Origin: an uncultured cyanobacterium
GTDB lineage: Bacteria; Cyanobacteriota; Cyanobacteriia; Cyanobacteriales; Nostocaceae
Direction: 5' to 3'
DNA: 64,000 nt
Assembly: GCA_963740315.1 (NCBI GenBank)
Contig: CAVUDP010000003.1
Coordinates: 32,001 to 96,000, forward strand
Part shown: piece after piece, positions 1 through 9,995 of the stretch
How positions within the stretch are numbered: position 1 is the first letter of the stretch
Layout: the number at the start of each line of letters is the position of its first letter
Position numbers and translations under genes: made by a program
Notes under the pieces: model-generated
Told to the model about the DNA's origin: nothing
The model's input: the letters and a program-made list of their open reading frames with translations, nothing else
Databases searched by the model: none

Positions 1-204
1 TTACCAATCACGCTAACAGCACCCTACAATACAAAAATAATATAAAATAAATTTTTTAAATCGTCTTTTTTTAGTGTCCAGAAAAACTAACATAGTCGTC
101 TTAAGACGACTTTCGCTATTAGCCGGGGAATTGCATTCCCCGGTGGCTGGGATTATTAAATAATTATTACATATGTTAGCCTCTAAATAATTTCATCAAA
201 ACCA

Positions 205-1146
205 CTAACCCAACAAACAAGAAACAGGAAAAACTAAATATTCAAGGTAAAACAACTTCCAAATAAATTGGTAAGCATTTGTTATAGAGCTTTTATCTTG
301 TAAATCGGTTTGAGTCGTGTACCACCACATTAAACCTAACATCACAGAATTAACGGCGATTAAAAAAATTGAGTTCACCCGTGTAAAACCCAGCACTCCA
401 ACCAAAATCATACCAGCGTAACAAACAGTTAACAGCCAGCGAGAAAGATTAAAAACCGTTTCTTTACCCAACTCGATGGTAAAAGTAGTGATATTGTACT
501 GACGATCGCCTTCCATATCGGGGATGTCTTTAAAGATTGCGATCGCGACTGTGAATACTAAAATAAACCAGGTTAAAACCCAAACGGCAGGTGGAATTGA
601 TTCTTTGGCTTGCAGTACCCAAGAGAAATGCAAAAATAATCCTAAATTAACAATTGCTCCTCGTACCGAAAAAATACAAATCGCCGCCCAAAAAGGAAAC
701 CGTTTTAAACGAATTGGCGGCAAAGAATAAGACGTACCAATTGCTAAACTTATAGCCACCATCCCAAATAAAAACGGTCCCAAAAACCAAGATAACAAGA
801 GCGCCAAAACACCAGTAATAATTACAATAATTTCTCCCGTGCGTTGGCTAAACTCTCCAGAAGCAACGGGTAAATGAGGCTTATTAATTTTATCAATTTC
901 TACATCTTGCAGTTGATTGAGTCCCACAATGTAGACATTCCCCAATAAACAAGCCACCCAAGCACCTAAAACAGAAAACAGAGAATAAGAATTTGGAAAT
1001 GGGAAATTACTATTAGTTAAAGCAACAGCAATTACATATAACCCCAAAACGCTCAAACTCGTACCATAAATCGTATGAGGACGAGAAAACTTCCAAAAAG
1101 CGTACAGCCAACTACTTTGCAACCCCGTTTGTGAAACTTGACTCAT
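205..1146 (-). CDS. hpt: Homogentisate phytyltransferase (UbiA family, tocopherol biosynthesis)
   Basis: FSRPHT, GLNQLQDVEIDKINKPHLP and KDIPDMEGD motifs; multiple TM helices; next to a tocopherol methyltransferase. Confidence 0.93.
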   Translation of the reverse strand: MSQVSQTGLQSSWLYAFWKFSRPHTIYGTSLSVLGLYVIAVALTNSNFPFPNSYSLFSVLGAWVACLLGNVYIVGLNQLQDVEIDKINKPHLPVASGEFSQRTGEIIVIITGVLALLLSWFLGPFLFGMVAISLAIGTSYSLPPIRLKRFPFWAAICIFSVRGAIVNLGLFLHFSWVLQAKESIPPAVWVLTWFILVFTVAIAIFKDIPDMEGDRQYNITTFTIELGKETVFNLSRWLLTVCYAGMILVGVLGFTRVNSIFLIAVNSVMLGLMWWYTTQTDLQDKSSITNAYQFIWKLFYLEYLVFPVSCLLG

Positions 1147-1149
1147 GAT

Positions 1150-1353
1150 AATTTTAGATTTTAGATTTTAGATTTTAGATTGGGCATGGTAAAAAGGTCT
1201 GCATGTTAAAGGTTAAAGGTCTGCATGTCAAAGGTGTAATAACTCTTACCCCATCTCCCCATCCCCCCCCTCTCCCCATCCCCCCCTCTCCCCCGAACCC
1301 CATCTCCCCCATCCCCCATCTCCCCCTCTCCCCATCCCCCCATCTCCCCATCC
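1150..1353. repeat. STRR tracts: (ATTTTAG)n followed by CCCCATC/CCCCCTCT-type repeats
   Basis: Directly visible short tandem repeats typical of heterocystous cyanobacteria. Confidence 0.85.
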
Positions 1354-1356
1354 CCT

Positions 1357-2202
1357 TTACCCTTTACTCCCAGTTAGCAACCCAAATTTAATCAAACCAC
1401 TTTCATAACCGCGACTCATTAAACCCAAAGACATAGCGCCTTGAATTGTTTTCCAACCAGCGCGTAGTAAACCGAAAAAGGCTTGGGGAGTAAACGTAGA
1501 ATCAATTACCACATTCCAAAAAGGGGCGACAGCTTGCGACCAATCCGCAGTCCGAATATTCTGTAAAGGTAGTAGACGGGCGATCGCTTCATAATCTGCT
1601 AAGGAAATTACGTATGGTAGGCAATAAACGTCATAAATCTGTTCTAAATGCTTTTTTTCCTCTGCGCTCAAAGGCGATTCATCCGTGGAACGATGACACC
1701 ATGTCACCAAAATAAACTTTCCCCCCGGTTTAAGTACTCGGTAGCATTCTTGCATAAATCTGTTTTTATCCGGCATATGCTCGCCGCTTTCCAAAGACCA
1801 AACTAAATCAAAACTGTTGTCCTCGAAAGGCATATTTAAGGCATCTGCTACTTGAAAATTGGTTCTATCATGTAAACCAAACTCAACAGCCCGTTCGCAA
1901 GCCCTTTGCGCCTGTACCGGACTCAAAGTTATACCAGTTGCCGCAGCGTTGAATTTCTCGGCTAAATATAAAGAACTCCCACCGATACCACAACCAACAT
2001 CTAAAATGTTCTCAGCTTGCTGTACCCTACCCCATTGCAGCAACTCTTCAATTAAATCAATTTGTGCCTGACGACGATTTTTTTCTTCCCTACCATCTGC
2101 ACCGTAATAACCGTGGTGCATATGTTCCCCCCATATTTCTTCCCAAAGGGAGGAGGAAGCATCGTAAAACTGCTGAATTTGTTGGCTTAGTGTTGCACTC
2201 AT
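1357..2202 (-). CDS. Gamma-tocopherol methyltransferase (VTE4-like SAM-dependent methyltransferase)
   Basis: WGEHMHHGYY, LDVGCGIGG SAM motif, WSLESGEHMPDK; upstream of hpt. Confidence 0.9.
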   Translation of the reverse strand: MSATLSQQIQQFYDASSSLWEEIWGEHMHHGYYGADGREEKNRRQAQIDLIEELLQWGRVQQAENILDVGCGIGGSSLYLAEKFNAAATGITLSPVQAQRACERAVEFGLHDRTNFQVADALNMPFEDNSFDLVWSLESGEHMPDKNRFMQECYRVLKPGGKFILVTWCHRSTDESPLSAEEKKHLEQIYDVYCLPYVISLADYEAIARLLPLQNIRTADWSQAVAPFWNVVIDSTFTPQAFFGLLRAGWKTIQGAMSLGLMSRGYESGLIKFGLLTGSKG

Positions 2203-2394
2203 GAATTAAGCTATGTATTTTGACTATTACAGAATAAAAAAAACATATATTGGTAGGCTACCACGTGTATTTTCAATAAGATGCAGTGTTTTGTTTCCAG
2301 AACGAAAAATATACTATCCACAATAAGATGGAATAATTCATGGTTGGAGCTTTTTTAAAGGGAGTAAGTAAGGAACTGCATCCGTTGTTAAAAT

Positions 2395-3134
2395 CCAAAA
2401 TCTAAAACTTGTGCTGAGCTTGCCGAAGTATCCAAAATCTAAAACTTGTGCTGAGCTTGCCGAAGTATCCAAAATCTAAAACTTGTGCTGAGCTTGCCGA
2501 AGTATCCAAAATCTAAAACTTGTGCTGAGCTTGCCGAAGTATCCAAAATCTAAAACTTGTGCTGAGCTTGCCGAAGTATCCAAAATCTAAAACTTGTGCT
2601 GAGCTTGCCGAAGTATCCAAAATCTAAAACTTGTGCTGAGCTTGCCGAAGTATCCAAAATCTAAAACTTGTGCTGAGCTTGCCGAAGTATCCAAAATCTA
2701 AAACTTGTGCTGAGCTTGCCGAAGTATCCAAAATCTAAAACTTGTGCTGAGCTTGCCGAAGTATCCAAAATCTAAAACTTGTGCTGAGCTTGCCGAAGTA
2801 TCCAAAATCTAAAACTTGTGCTGAGCTTGCCGAAGTATCCAAAATCTAAAACTTGTGCTGAGCTTGCCGAAGTATCCAAAATCTAAAACTTGTGCTGAGC
2901 TTGCCGAAGTATCCAAAATCTAAAACTTGTGCTGAGCTTGCCGAAGTATCCAAAATCTAAAACTTGTGCTGAGCTTGCCGAAGTATCCAAAATCTAAAAC
3001 TTGTGCTGAGCTTGCCGAAGTATCCAAAATCTAAAACTTGTGCTGAGCTTGCCGAAGTATCCAAAATCTAAAACTTGTGCTGAGCTTGCCGAAGTATCCA
3101 AAATCTAAAACTTGTGCTGAGCTTGCCGAAGTAT
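2395..3134. repeat. Perfect tandem array of 20 x 37 bp (CCAAAATCTAAAACTTGTGCTGAGCTTGCCGAAGTAT)
   Basis: 740 bp = 20 identical units, no spacers; followed by AAAATCT/AAAATCC heptamers up to the ktrB ATG at 3167. Confidence 0.95.
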
Positions 3135-3166
3135 CCAAAATCTAAAATCCAAAATCTAAAATCCAA

Positions 3167-4501
3167 ATGACTGCTTCTCAAAAAATTTGCTTTGGTTTTT
3201 TTGCAGTAATCACTGTAGGAACTCTCTTATTGATGATGCCTTTTTCTACAGCTACAGGTACGTGGAATAGCTTAATTGTGGCTTTATTTACGGCAACTTC
3301 AGCCGTTTGCGTCACGGGTTTGGCAGTCGCTGATACAGGTAGTGATTTTTCCTTCTGGGGTCAGTTGACGATTATGTTACTGGCGCAAGTTGGTGGGTTG
3401 GGCTATATGACGTTTACAACCTTTCTAATTATGTTGACTGGGCGTAGATTTGATTTGAGACACAAAATGGCAATTCAACAAGCTTTAGATCGGCGAGAAA
3501 TGCAGGGTAGCGGCAACATTATTCGCTCGATCGTTGCTACAACGCTATTTTTTGAAATTACAGGAATATTGTTATTACTGATAGTATTTGTCCCGGATTT
3601 TGGATGGAATAAAGGGATGTGGCTGGCAATTTTTCATAGCGTCAGTGCTTGGAATAATGCCGGTTTTAGCTTGTTTACGAATAGCTTAGTTGACTACAAC
3701 TCTTCAGCCTTACTAATATTTACTATTTCTGGCTTAATCATCTTTGGCGGAATTGGATATCAAGTAATATTAGAACTCTTTTTTAGATTGCGCGATCGCC
3801 TACGCCGAAGACCGGGTAATATCGTGTTATCTCTTGATTACAAAGTCGCCGTTAATACAACAATATTTTTATTAATTTTAGGAACCTTAGCATTTTTCTT
3901 CGTAGAGATCAGAAATGCTGAAACTATCAGATATTTCAGCTTTCGCAGCCAATTTCTCGCGGCTTTGTTTCAATCCGTGACCACTAGAACTGCTGGTTTT
4001 AACAGTATCGATATTGGCAGTATGACAAATGCGGGACTATTTATTACTATTGCTTTTATGTTTATTGGAGCAAGTCCGGGAGGTACTGGAGGAGGTATGA
4101 AAACTACAACTCTTAGGGTACTCAGTAGCTGTACAAAATCAATTCTTCAAGGAAAACAAGAGGTTTTACTCTACGAACGCCGTATCGCGGTATCTTTGAT
4201 ATTAAAAGCCATCGGAGTGGTGGTTGGTTCTGTAACTGTTGTAATTATTTGTACTATTTTAATATCGATTACAGACCCAGCATTTGACTTCATCCAAATC
4301 TTGTTTGAAGTAGTTTCAGCTTATGCAACCGTAGGGCTTTCCACAGGAATAACTGGCGAATTTTCTATCTGGGGTAAGTTGATATTAATTCTAACTATGT
4401 ATATGGGAAGAGTTGGTGTTTTACTATTAATGTCCGCCGTTCTTGGCGACCCCAAACCCACTAGAATTCATTATCCGGAAGAAGATTTACTTGTGGGATA
4501 A
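3167..4501 (+). CDS. ktrB: KtrB/NtpJ (TrkH family) K+ uptake membrane subunit
   Basis: ALFTATSAVCVTGL, WNNAGFS, TRTAGF, GGTGGGMKTTT, TVGLSTG pore-loop motifs. Confidence 0.92.
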   Translation: MTASQKICFGFFAVITVGTLLLMMPFSTATGTWNSLIVALFTATSAVCVTGLAVADTGSDFSFWGQLTIMLLAQVGGLGYMTFTTFLIMLTGRRFDLRHKMAIQQALDRREMQGSGNIIRSIVATTLFFEITGILLLLIVFVPDFGWNKGMWLAIFHSVSAWNNAGFSLFTNSLVDYNSSALLIFTISGLIIFGGIGYQVILELFFRLRDRLRRRPGNIVLSLDYKVAVNTTIFLLILGTLAFFFVEIRNAETIRYFSFRSQFLAALFQSVTTRTAGFNSIDIGSMTNAGLFITIAFMFIGASPGGTGGGMKTTTLRVLSSCTKSILQGKQEVLLYERRIAVSLILKAIGVVVGSVTVVIICTILISITDPAFDFIQILFEVVSAYATVGLSTGITGEFSIWGKLILILTMYMGRVGVLLLMSAVLGDPKPTRIHYPEEDLLVG

Positions 4502-4734
4502 TCGTTTACAAACAGTTATCAGTTTACAGTTGTCTGGGATTGATTATAATTGATAACTGTAAACTACTAAGTAAAAGTTACTTTTAAATTTATGATTCAA
4601 ACGTACAGATATTCAATAGATACTTAATATAGATTCAATTAAGTACAAATGATAAGATAAATACAATCGGGTACAAAAATATGACCGATTTTTTTGAGCT
4701 ATACAAAAGCTGTAATAATTAAGGATAAAAAACA

Positions 4735-5439
4735 GTGAATCTGTCCTCATTAGGGTTTTTTCGTACTTTAAATAAAAACAATCAGCAGTTTGCGGTGATT
4801 GGTTTAGGACGTTTTGGTCGTTCTGTTTGCTCGACTTTACATAGATTAGGTTATGAAGTATTGGCAACAGATATTGATGAAAAGCGGGTATCGCAAGCCT
4901 TGACAGAAGAAATAACTGGTCATGCCTTACAATTAGACTCCACAGAAGCTGCTGCACTTAAAGAAGCAGGGATTTTTGAGTTTGATACCGTCATTATCGC
5001 AATTGGTAATTATATTCAAGAAAGTATTATCACGACTTTAAATGTCAAAGAAGGTGGCGTAAAAAATGTAGTAGCCAAAGCTTCTAGCGAAGTTCACTGT
5101 AAATTATTACGAAAAGTTGGTGCAGATAGAGTTATTTTTCCCGAACATGAAGCCGGTTGTGCTTTAGCGCAAAGACTAACGAAACCAGCGATATTAGATA
5201 CATTCGACCTCGATCCCGATAACAGTATTGTTGAAATCGCTGTACCAGCAGAATTTGACGGTAAAACCGTTGCAGAATTACAACTTCGCAATCGTTATGG
5301 CTTAAACGTCCTAGCTATAAGTAATAATAATAATGATGAAAAATTTATTATTAATCCAGACCCTAGCAAACGTCTGCAAAAGGGTTCCGCAATGGTAGTA
5401 ATTGGTCATAACAAAGACATAGACCGCTTACCCATTTAA
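4735..5439 (+). CDS. ktrA: KtrA/TrkA family RCK-domain K+ uptake regulatory subunit
   Basis: IGLGRFG Rossmann motif, TrkA-N plus TrkA-C; follows ktrB. Confidence 0.92.
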   Translation: MNLSSLGFFRTLNKNNQQFAVIGLGRFGRSVCSTLHRLGYEVLATDIDEKRVSQALTEEITGHALQLDSTEAAALKEAGIFEFDTVIIAIGNYIQESIITTLNVKEGGVKNVVAKASSEVHCKLLRKVGADRVIFPEHEAGCALAQRLTKPAILDTFDLDPDNSIVEIAVPAEFDGKTVAELQLRNRYGLNVLAISNNNNDEKFIINPDPSKRLQKGSAMVVIGHNKDIDRLPI

Positions 5440-5448
5440 AATTAAATT

Positions 5449-5476
5449 AAACCCGGTTTATAAAAACTGGGTTTTC
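5449..5476. terminator. Inverted repeat between convergent ktrA and cobH (probable bidirectional terminator; AAACCCGG..CCGGGTTT family also at ~23828, ~32013, ~33293)
   Basis: AAACCCGGTTTATAAAAACTGGGTTTT hairpin. Confidence 0.55.
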
Positions 5477-5484
5477 TAATATCA

Positions 5485-6132
5485 CTAACCATAAGCTTCC
5501 CAAGCTAAATCTATCAACCCATCTAAAATTGCTACTGCTACTGTCGCACCGCCTTTACGATTTTTGATAGTAATATTAGGTATTAAAAATTCTTTCAAGT
5601 CCTCTTTTATTGCATCTATATTCATACAATTTGGTGGTGTAGCAATTATTAAAACAGGTCTAATTTTTTCTGATTTAACTAAGTCAATTAACGTTTTCAA
5701 AGCTGTGGGTGCTTGCCCGATCGCAAATATTCCTTCGGGATAACGGCTGGCTAAAGTTTCCATTCCCCAAGCAGCACGAGTTTTTTCTTTCTGTGGGCGA
5801 GTTTGAACTTCCATCGCACAATACACTGGATTCGCAAAAGTATTGTGAACTGCCTGTGCAATACCAGCTTGTAACGCTGTTTCATCTACCACAATAGTAC
5901 TGCGCGATGCTAATGCAGCTGCTGAAGCTTGTAAGGCACGTTCGGAAAATTCGATTAGCGATTTATACTCAAAGTCACCTGTAGCGTAAATTACTCTTCT
6001 AATAATTTCATACTCCGCCGATAAAAAATGGCGATACGTCGTTATATCGCCATGCTGCATCAAAGCCGAAGCACCACCAATTTCTTTATCAATATTTGCC
6101 AAACTTTGAGCATCCGTTACGTGCCATTCCAT
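5485..6132 (-). CDS. cobH: Precorrin-8X methylmutase (CobH/CbiC family)
   Basis: RRVIYATGDFEY, IGQAPTAL, RKGGATVAVA motifs. Confidence 0.85.
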   Translation of the reverse strand: MEWHVTDAQSLANIDKEIGGASALMQHGDITTYRHFLSAEYEIIRRVIYATGDFEYKSLIEFSERALQASAAALASRSTIVVDETALQAGIAQAVHNTFANPVYCAMEVQTRPQKEKTRAAWGMETLASRYPEGIFAIGQAPTALKTLIDLVKSEKIRPVLIIATPPNCMNIDAIKEDLKEFLIPNITIKNRKGGATVAVAILDGLIDLAWEAYG

Positions 6133-6319
6133 GCCTACTTCCCTGAATTATCAATATTAAGATTTTTACACGTTTACCGCTTTACAAATAAAACTATGCA
6201 ATTTACTTTCTTCCTAATAGAAGATTACCGGCGTTGAGTGAGGGGGAAGAGGGGGGAGAGGGGGAAGAGGGGGAGAAATTTTATAGGTAATCTTGTTGAG
6301 CGAGACAGGAATAATCCCG

Positions 6320-6348
6320 TAGAGACGTAGCAGTGCTACGTCTCTACA
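6320..6348. repeat. REP-like palindrome GTAGAGACGTAGCAGTGCTACGTCTCTAC (related copies at ~18876, ~19146, ~34678)
   Basis: Near-perfect hairpin repeated at several intergenic sites. Confidence 0.8.
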
Positions 6349-6353
6349 CTATT

Positions 6354-7160
6354 TTACGTTTCTGAAGGAGAAGAATTACCAAGAATAGGTGTCAAGTAAG
6401 CAACTAAAGCTCCAATTAGAAAACCGGAGATATTGCGAACTAAAGGCAGCCAGTCGGATGTACGGATAATTACTGGTCCAAGACCGAACGCAAAAAACAA
6501 AATTCCCCATAAAGGAGAAAATATCAGCGCCCATTGCCAAGCAACAACTTGCCCTTCAGTTCTTGGTTGGGCTGTAAATCCACAGATAAGTCCACCGACA
6601 ACCGAGCTAATTAAAGTCAAAATCCACTGTTCCCTTGGTAATCCCGGAACAACGTTACAACCACCTTGGCGCAAACAACCTTCTACAGTTTCCAAGGCTT
6701 GAATAATAGCTTGATCTTCACCTTTTTCCCGTACAAAATATAAGTTACCAAAACGAGTTTGTAATTCTATCCAAAAAGTACGCGGTAGCAATTCATAAAC
6801 ATCATCCCCAACCGCGAAACTGAGAATATTACCGCCACGAGAATCGGCAACAAGTAAAATACTATGGTCGTTTAAACCCCAAAACTTGATTACCGCTCTA
6901 CCCGGTGTTCTATCGTATTGAGTGAGTACTCGCAACTGCCAACCAGTTTCATTTTCAAAATCGTTAAGTTGTTGAACTAAATTTTGTTCTTGAACAACAT
7001 TCAGAGACTTCCCTAAATCTACAACTGGCGTAACTTCGTCGGGTAGCAATTCCGGATTGTTGTAAGCATAAGCAGGACTCGAATGTGTCGTCCAAATCGA
7101 ACCAGCTATAAATAATACTGTCAAAAAAGTAAAAAATCGTCGCCAAGAACTATTATGCAT
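6354..7160 (-). CDS. TPM-domain membrane protein (thylakoid-associated type)
   Basis: Signal peptide, TPVVDL..LRVLTQYDRTPG..ELQTRFGN core, C-terminal TM helices. Confidence 0.75.
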   Translation of the reverse strand: MHNSSWRRFFTFLTVLFIAGSIWTTHSSPAYAYNNPELLPDEVTPVVDLGKSLNVVQEQNLVQQLNDFENETGWQLRVLTQYDRTPGRAVIKFWGLNDHSILLVADSRGGNILSFAVGDDVYELLPRTFWIELQTRFGNLYFVREKGEDQAIIQALETVEGCLRQGGCNVVPGLPREQWILTLISSVVGGLICGFTAQPRTEGQVVAWQWALIFSPLWGILFFAFGLGPVIIRTSDWLPLVRNISGFLIGALVAYLTPILGNSSPSET

Positions 7161-7521
7161 GTGGTTTATATAAATTTCAACGTTTAAATTAAGCAGATTG
7201 TTTCAAAAGGTAAGAAAAAATATGATAGCTCTTTACATTTTGTAACCTTATTCTAATTTATTTTACATTCATCTCAGCATAATTTTTGTTGATGATACAG
7301 CAAAACTGCCCCCAGCAACGGTAAATTTGATATTAAAAGCTAGTGTAAGCAGGCTTTGTGGGCTTATGTGCTAACAAGATTTTGATTTTACTATGATTCT
7401 CAGTTAAGTAAGGTATGGTAGCCGCGATGATAAACCAAGCAATGAAGATTCTAAATAATTATTAAAACAATCACGTTCTCAACCGTGGAGTCCAAGTTGT
7501 TCCTATGGATGCTTAAACGAA

Positions 7522-7558
7522 CGCGATACGCCCAAAGCGTCTAGCTTCGCTAATCGCA
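7522..7558. mobile_element. SDR-like 27-nt insert splitting a HIP1 site (copy 1)
   Basis: GCG[ATACGCCCAAAGCGTCTAGCTTCGCTA]ATCGC; exact reverse complement of 8101-8137. Confidence 0.8.
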
Positions 7559-7861
7559 CCGAATCAAAATTTTAAGCTAAATCTATGATTACCATAAGAA
7601 CTACAAATAATTGTTTTTGACCAAATATGGCTGGAAATAGTATTTACTAGAATTGATAGTTTACGTTATTTAATTACTGCTTTCGATCGCAGCTAAGTTA
7701 ATTTAATTAAATAGGTTCGGTCGAATAGGGTGCTGGTAAATTTGCCATAAAGTCAAGTCTGAATAATACAAATATCGAGGTTTAATGAATACTTGAGATT
7801 AGTAAATCATTGAACCCCGATAGATCGTTTCATTTTCAAATAACATTTGTGAGGAGTTCTT

Positions 7862-9832
7862 ATGAAAATAAATCTACTAGTTTCTGCTAGTGGGGTAAGT
7901 TTGCTGTACTTACTCGCCGGTTTCTCGTCGGTGAAAGCATTCGCTGTGGAAAAAACCAGCAACAGCCAAGAAATAAATAGTAATGAATTGTTAAGTGCTT
8001 CAGAAATATTATCCGAGGAAATTCCATCCGCCAAGACAATTATTACCGCAATAAATAATCAAGTTCCGCTTGATGTCGGTAGCAACTCCCTAAACGAAAG
8101 TGCGATTAGCGAAGCTAGACGCTTTGGGCGTATCGCGCAACCAAATAAACAACTTAATAAACAACTTAATAAACAACTTAATAAAAACCACGTAATTACT
8201 CAAGTTCCTCAAAACCAACCAGAATCAACCCCATCGGAAGGACAAGTTACATCGGTTTCCCAACTATCCGACGTACAGCCCACCGACTGGGCTTTTCAAG
8301 CATTGCAATCCCTCGTAGAACGATATGGTTGTATTGCCGGATATCCGAATGGCACCTATCGGGGCAATCGGGCAATGACTAGATATGAATTTGCGGCGGG
8401 ATTGAATGCCTGTCTCGAACGGGTTAATGAGTTGATTGTCGCAGCAACTAGGGATTTGGTGACAAAAGAAGATTTACTTGCCCTGCAAAGACTCGAACAA
8501 GAGTTTCAGGCAGAGCTAGCAACCTTACGCGGTAGGGTAGATACTCTGGAAGCTCGCAGCGCCGAATTAGAAGCAAATCAATTTTCCACTACCACCACAC
8601 TCCAAGGAGAGGCAATTTTTGCTGCGATCGGTGCAACTGGTGGTGCCCCCGGTAGTAACGATCCTAATATCATCCTCACGAATCGGGTAAGGTTGAACCT
8701 GAATACCAGTTTTACCGGCAAAGACTTGTTAATTACTGGGTTGCAAGCCTATAACTTCGGAGGTGGTGTGGATGGTAGTGGTAGCCTACAACAAGAATTA
8801 GGATTGACAGCACCAGGAGTCAACTTAGCGGCAAGTAGCGCTCGCACGGGTATTGAACCGCAATTTCCCGGCTTCACTCCCAAAGATTTATCTTCTAAAG
8901 GTGCTAATAATGTGGAACTGTACAAACTTCTGTACATCTTCCCCGTAGCCAATAAATTAACTTTATTTGCTGGTACTGCTGCGGAAGTTTCCGATGCTTT
9001 CCCTGCGATTACTCCCTTTGCAGGAGAAGGGCAAGAGGCAATTTCCCGCTTTGCTGGCTTAAATCCCGTACTCCGGGTTTCTGGTGGTACTTCCGGAGCA
9101 GGTTTAGCATCGGCAGCAGGTTTTATCTTTGCTCCATCCAAAAGCCTTGATTTTCGCGCTCTCTACGGTAGCGTTAATGCCAATATTCCCAGCACTGCTG
9201 ATGATATTCTCCCCGGAGTTTCTGGTACACCTTTAGGTTCGGGTTTGTTTGGTGGTAGTACCGTTGCGGCAGCCCAACTTACATTTAAACCCAGCAGTGC
9301 GATCGATATTGGTTTGAACTATGCCAACAGCTACCACGAAATCAATATTTTGGGTACGGGATTAGTGAGTACCGATACCAACGCTTTAGGCTTGGCAAAT
9401 GGAGATTTGGCGATTCCGGTGAAACTCAACTCCGTCGGTGGTACCCTAAATTGGCGTTTTACTCCGAGTATTGCCCTATCCGGTTACGGTGCGGCGATTT
9501 TCGTCGATGATTCCTCCGGTAGGGTGGATGCTTCCACCACCTTCACCAGTTGGATGGTAGGATTACACTTCCGGGATCTGATCAAAAAGGGCAATACCGC
9601 CGGAATACTTTTCGGTCAACCTTTATACCGTACAGAAGCTGATGGTGATGCCAATTTAGCCGCTGCGGGTGTCGATCGCACCACTCCCTACCATTTGGAG
9701 GCTTATTACAAATTTAAGGTAAACGATAATATCAGTATTACCCCTGGTGCATTTGTGTTATTTAATCCAGAGGGAGATGACAACAACGACACAACCACAG
9801 TAGGTTTGTTGCGTACTACTTTTACTTTTTAG
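7862..9832 (+). CDS. Cyanobacterial SLH-domain/OprB-type outer-membrane porin ('iron uptake porin' family)
   Basis: SQLSDVQPTDWAFQALQSLVERYGC SLH motif, coiled coil, beta-barrel ending LRTTFTF. Confidence 0.93.
   Translation: MKINLLVSASGVSLLYLLAGFSSVKAFAVEKTSNSQEINSNELLSASEILSEEIPSAKTIITAINNQVPLDVGSNSLNESAISEARRFGRIAQPNKQLNKQLNKQLNKNHVITQVPQNQPESTPSEGQVTSVSQLSDVQPTDWAFQALQSLVERYGCIAGYPNGTYRGNRAMTRYEFAAGLNACLERVNELIVAATRDLVTKEDLLALQRLEQEFQAELATLRGRVDTLEARSAELEANQFSTTTTLQGEAIFAAIGATGGAPGSNDPNIILTNRVRLNLNTSFTGKDLLITGLQAYNFGGGVDGSGSLQQELGLTAPGVNLAASSARTGIEPQFPGFTPKDLSSKGANNVELYKLLYIFPVANKLTLFAGTAAEVSDAFPAITPFAGEGQEAISRFAGLNPVLRVSGGTSGAGLASAAGFIFAPSKSLDFRALYGSVNANIPSTADDILPGVSGTPLGSGLFGGSTVAAAQLTFKPSSAIDIGLNYANSYHEINILGTGLVSTDTNALGLANGDLAIPVKLNSVGGTLNWRFTPSIALSGYGAAIFVDDSSGRVDASTTFTSWMVGLHFRDLIKKGNTAGILFGQPLYRTEADGDANLAAAGVDRTTPYHLEAYYKFKVNDNISITPGAFVLFNPEGDDNNDTTTVGLLRTTFTF
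8101..8137. mobile_element. SDR-like 27-nt insert splitting a HIP1 site, in frame within the porin (copy 2)
   Basis: GCGAT[TAGCGAAGCTAGACGCTTTGGGCGTAT]CGC encodes AISEARRFGRIA. Confidence 0.8.
8144..8186 (+). repeat. In-frame 12-bp tandem repeat (AATAAACAACTT x3+) encoding NKQL repeats in the porin N-terminus
   Basis: Seen directly in DNA and protein. Confidence 0.85.
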
Positions 9833-9905
9833 GTACCTTCCCGGCTTTATGATTAGCTAATTTAGTGAGGGGGAAGAGGGGGGAGAGGGGGAACAAAATA
9901 ATTCT

Positions 9906-9995
9906 TAACTGCTAACTGCTAACTGTTAACTGCTCACTGCTCACTGTTAACTGGTAACTGGTAGCTGGTAACTGCTCACTGTTAACTGCTCACTG
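9906..9995. repeat. STRR heptamer tract (TAACTGC/TAACTGG/TCACTGC)
   Basis: Directly visible. Confidence 0.85.

Noticed and set aside
1203..1391. Pro-rich 62-aa ORF
   Set aside because: Translation of STRR repeats
2395..3134. CRISPR array (37-bp period)
   Set aside because: Units are contiguous and identical with no spacers, and there are no cas genes in the window
7300..7326. Cobalamin riboswitch (ACTGCCCCCAGCAACGGTAA resembles part of the core)
   Set aside because: The upstream GGGAA/GGTG elements and the downstream B12 box were not found
7388..7402. Zur/Fur box upstream of the porin (TTACTATGATTCTCA)
   Set aside because: Only one good half-site in AT-rich DNA; not supportable without a PWM scan
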